Shown: one piece after another, positions 6,321 to 10,808 of the stretch
Layout: each line of letters starts with the position of its first letter
Numbering within the stretch: position 1 is the first letter of the stretch
Source of the DNA: Nitrospinales bacterium
GTDB taxonomy: Bacteria; Nitrospinota; Nitrospinia; Nitrospinales; JAJDAT01
Assembly (NCBI GenBank): GCA_046757665.1
Contig: JBHHYO010000084.1
Location: forward strand, 1 to 10,808
DNA length: 10,808 nt
Direction of reading: 5' to 3'
The notes under the pieces: generated by a model
What the model was told of the DNA's origin: nothing
The model's input: only the letters and a program-made list of their open reading frames with translations
Database searches by the model: none
Program-made: the position numbers and the translations under genes

Positions 6321-6352
6321 AAAAAAACGGGGAACGGTTTCCCGTTCCCCGT
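6321..6352 (-). terminator. Intrinsic terminator after hppA, abutting the mqnA start
   Basis: Minus strand acggggaacgg-GAAA-ccgttccccgt followed by a U-run (plus-strand A7 at 6321-6327). Confidence 0.85.
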
Positions 6353-6376
6353 GGATGGCAGTGGTTTCCGGATGTT

Positions 6377-8445
<2,069 letters not shown>

Positions 8446-8452
<7 letters not shown>

Positions 8453-9015
8453 CCTGTGTCTTCCTCCGATTTTTTGGGTTTTTCGTTGAATTCCGCCAGC
8501 GTGGTTTCGATCAGCTCTATTGCTTGTTCCTGGACTTTCTTGACCATTGGGAAATCGTCCACCGCAAACGGCGACAAAACGAAATCCACAATATCTTCCT
8601 GATGTTCCGGCCGGCCGATGCCGATCCGTACGCGGGTAAACTGATCCGTTGCCAGCCGGTTGATGATGGAGCGGATTCCCAACTGGCCGGCATCGCCTCC
8701 GCTATGTTTTCTCTTGATTTTTCCGAGCGGCAAATCGATGTCATCGTGAACCACGATAGCCTGTTCCGGAAGTATATCCAAGGCCGAAAGAATGGCTTTT
8801 GCCGCTTTGCCGCTCTCGTTCATATAGGTCATGGGTTTAGCCGCAACGATTTCATGGCCGCCGATGGTTCCCTTTCCGTAAAGGCAGTAGTAGCCGTTTG
8901 TATCGAGTCTGATGTTGTGCTTTTCCGTCAGCGCGTCAAGGACCAGAAACCCCACGTTATGCCGCGTCAGCTCGTACTGTGCTCCCGGGTTGCCCAGACC
9001 GAGAATCAGGTGTAC
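8446..9015 (-). CDS. pth: Peptidyl-tRNA hydrolase (start codon uncertain, apparently non-canonical)
   Basis: [18 protein letters not shown] and RVRIGIGRP motifs. The conserved N-terminus [22 protein letters not shown] continues in frame upstream of the ORF-track start (8955) to about 9015. Synteny prs-rplY-pth. Confidence 0.92.
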
Positions 9016-9038
9016 AAGGTTATTGTCGTTTGTCGATT

Positions 9039-9716
9039 TTATTTCTTGTCGGATTTGCCTTCCTCCGCCGCGGGCTCCTTCTTTTCGGAAGCCTTCTGAG
9101 GCGTGGTTTCCTCCGCCCCCGCTTCTTCGCCCTCGACTGCTTCTTCCGCTTCCTTGGTCTCTTCTTTCTCAAGGTATACGGTGACGATGGGAGCGGACGG
9201 AGCGTTATGGATTGTAAATTTTTCGAACAGGGGGAGGTCCGAGATGCGGATAAACTCACCCAATTGCAAATTCTCTATGGAAACGTCAACCGTTTCCGGA
9301 ATGTCGCTCGGCAAACATTCCATGTCCAGCTCCCGGATGATATGGTTGAGTATTCCTCCCTGTTTTTCGCCGGGTGATAGGCCGGTCAATTTTACCGGTA
9401 CGCGCACGCGGATGTTTTTGTCGATGTCCACTTCCAGAAAATCCGCATGCAACCAGGTTTCCTTCAGGGGATGAGTCTGGAAATCTTTTAAAAGCACTTT
9501 GCGGTTTTTAACCGAATCTTCCTCAAGTTGGAGGTCGATCAAGGCGTTTTTGCCTTTTTGCCTGATGATTTTTCGCAAGGCCTTGGGGTTTACCGTGAAG
9601 GAAAGGTTATCTTTCCGGCCATAGAGGACGGCGGGCATGTGTCCTTCTCCGCGCGCTTTTCGGCTGGGGCTTTTCCCCGTTTCCCGCCGCAGTTTTCCAG
9701 TTAGTGTTTCCGGCAT
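9039..9716 (-). CDS. rplY: 50S ribosomal protein L25/CTC (long form)
   Basis: GKSPSRKARGEGHMPAVLYG, HADF, C-terminal CTC domain and acidic tail. Lies between prs and pth. Confidence 0.96.
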   Translation of the reverse strand: MPETLTGKLRRETGKSPSRKARGEGHMPAVLYGRKDNLSFTVNPKALRKIIRQKGKNALIDLQLEEDSVKNRKVLLKDFQTHPLKETWLHADFLEVDIDKNIRVRVPVKLTGLSPGEKQGGILNHIIRELDMECLPSDIPETVDVSIENLQLGEFIRISDLPLFEKFTIHNAPSAPIVTVYLEKEETKEAEEAVEGEEAGAEETTPQKASEKKEPAAEEGKSDKK

Positions 9717-9728
9717 GATTGGGTTCCT

Positions 9729-10682
9729 TTAGTCAAATAGAGAGCTGATGGAGCTTTCCTTATGGATTCGCAAAATGGCCTCGCCCAGCAGGGGCGCGAC
9801 GGACAAAACTTTTATTTTCGAATAAGTTTTCAACTTGTCCCCAAAGGGAATGGTGTTGGTTGTGATGATGGATTTGATCGGCGAATTTTTGATCCGCTCA
9901 TGGGCCGGGCCGGAAAGCACCGCATGGGTGCAACAAGCGTGGACTTCCACCGCGCCTTCCCGCAACAGCGCGTCCACGGCCTCTACCATCGTGCCCGCCG
10001 TATCGATGATGTCGTCCACGACGACGGCAACTTTGCCCTTGACGTCACCGATGGTGTGCATGGCCTTGGCTTCGTTGATGGCGTCCCGGCGCTTGTCGAT
10101 AATGGCCAGGGAAACACCCAGCTGTTTGGCGTAGGAGCGCGCCCGCTCCACGCCGCCGGCGTCCGGCGAGATGATCACCACGTTGCCCATGGGATGCGTC
10201 TTCTTGATATAATCCACCAGCACGTTCTTGGCGAACAGGTGATCCACGGGAATATTGAAAAACCCCTGGATTTGTCCCGCGTGCAGGTCCATGGTGAGAA
10301 TTCGCTGTGTTCCGGCGGTGTGGAGCAGGTCCGCGACCAGCTTGGACGTGATCGGCACCCGCGGTTCCACCTTCCGGTCCTGGCGGGCGTAACCGTAATA
10401 CGGGATAACCGCCGTAATCCGCTTGGCGGAGGACCGCTTCACTGCGTCGATCATGATCAACAGCTCCATCAGGTTGCCGTTACCCGGGTTGCAGGTCGGC
10501 TGGATCAGGAACACGTCGCCGCCGCGGACGTTTTCGCCCAGGCGCACGAAAATTTCCTTGTCCGAGAAATCGGTAATGTCCGCGCGGCCCAGGGGAATAT
10601 TGATATACTTGCAAATCTCTTCCGCCAGCGGCCGGTTGGCCCGTCCGGAAAACACTAATACCTTGCCGTCATTGCTGTCCAT
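9729..10682 (-). CDS. prs: Ribose-phosphate pyrophosphokinase (PRPP synthetase)
   Basis: [33 protein letters not shown] and the PRPP-binding motif [11 protein letters not shown]. Confidence 0.98.
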   Translation of the reverse strand: MDSNDGKVLVFSGRANRPLAEEICKYINIPLGRADITDFSDKEIFVRLGENVRGGDVFLIQPTCNPGNGNLMELLIMIDAVKRSSAKRITAVIPYYGYARQDRKVEPRVPITSKLVADLLHTAGTQRILTMDLHAGQIQGFFNIPVDHLFAKNVLVDYIKKTHPMGNVVIISPDAGGVERARSYAKQLGVSLAIIDKRRDAINEAKAMHTIGDVKGKVAVVVDDIIDTAGTMVEAVDALLREGAVEVHACCTHAVLSGPAHERIKNSPIKSIITTNTIPFGDKLKTYSKIKVLSVAPLLGEAILRIHKESSISSLFD

Positions 10683-10706
10683 GCGGTCCTGTCTTGACTC
10701 GATAAT

Positions 10707-10782
10707 TGGCTGGGGCGGGAGGATTCGAACCTCCGAATGCAGGAATCAAAATCCTGTGTCTTAACCACTTGACGACGCCCCA
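10707..10782 (-). tRNA. tRNA-Gln (TTG)
   Basis: Minus strand acceptor tggggcg/cgcccca (U1-A72), anticodon arm cagga-ttTTGat-tcctg, ggttcgaatcc, CCA end. The position upstream of prs is a common arrangement. Confidence 0.97.
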
Positions 10783-10791
10783 AAGGCGCTT

Positions 10792-10797
10792 ATTATA
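10792..10797 (-). promoter_or_regulatory. -10 box of the tRNA-Gln/prs operon promoter
   Basis: Perfect TATAAT on the minus strand, followed by a GC-rich discriminator-like aagcgcc. The -35 would lie outside the window. Confidence 0.6.
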
Positions 10798-10808
10798 TTA
10801 TAAATTCT

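Overview
Bacterial chromosomal window, mostly housekeeping. On the + strand: SRP RNA (ffs), dnaX, ybaB/ebfC, recR and tRNA-Asn. On the - strand: tRNA-Gln, prs, rplY, pth, hppA (membrane pyrophosphatase, predicted K+-dependent Na+ pump) and mqnA. There are two accessory segments. (1) A 1.35-kb cassette directly after tRNA-Asn is bounded by an exact 31-bp direct repeat of the tRNA terminator. It carries a Fic-family gene that appears to have an internal in-frame deletion, a 17-codon upstream ORF, and a candidate ~100-nt structured non-coding RNA on the opposite strand (three-way junction, complementary loops, its own promoter). (2) At the left edge, two small translationally coupled phage/satellite-like genes run into an AT-rich array of inverted repeats around an IHF-consensus site. 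Two core genes show possible recoding signals: an A10 slippage tract near the dnaX 3' end, and no canonical start codon for pth. No CRISPR array, integrase or transposase is visible.
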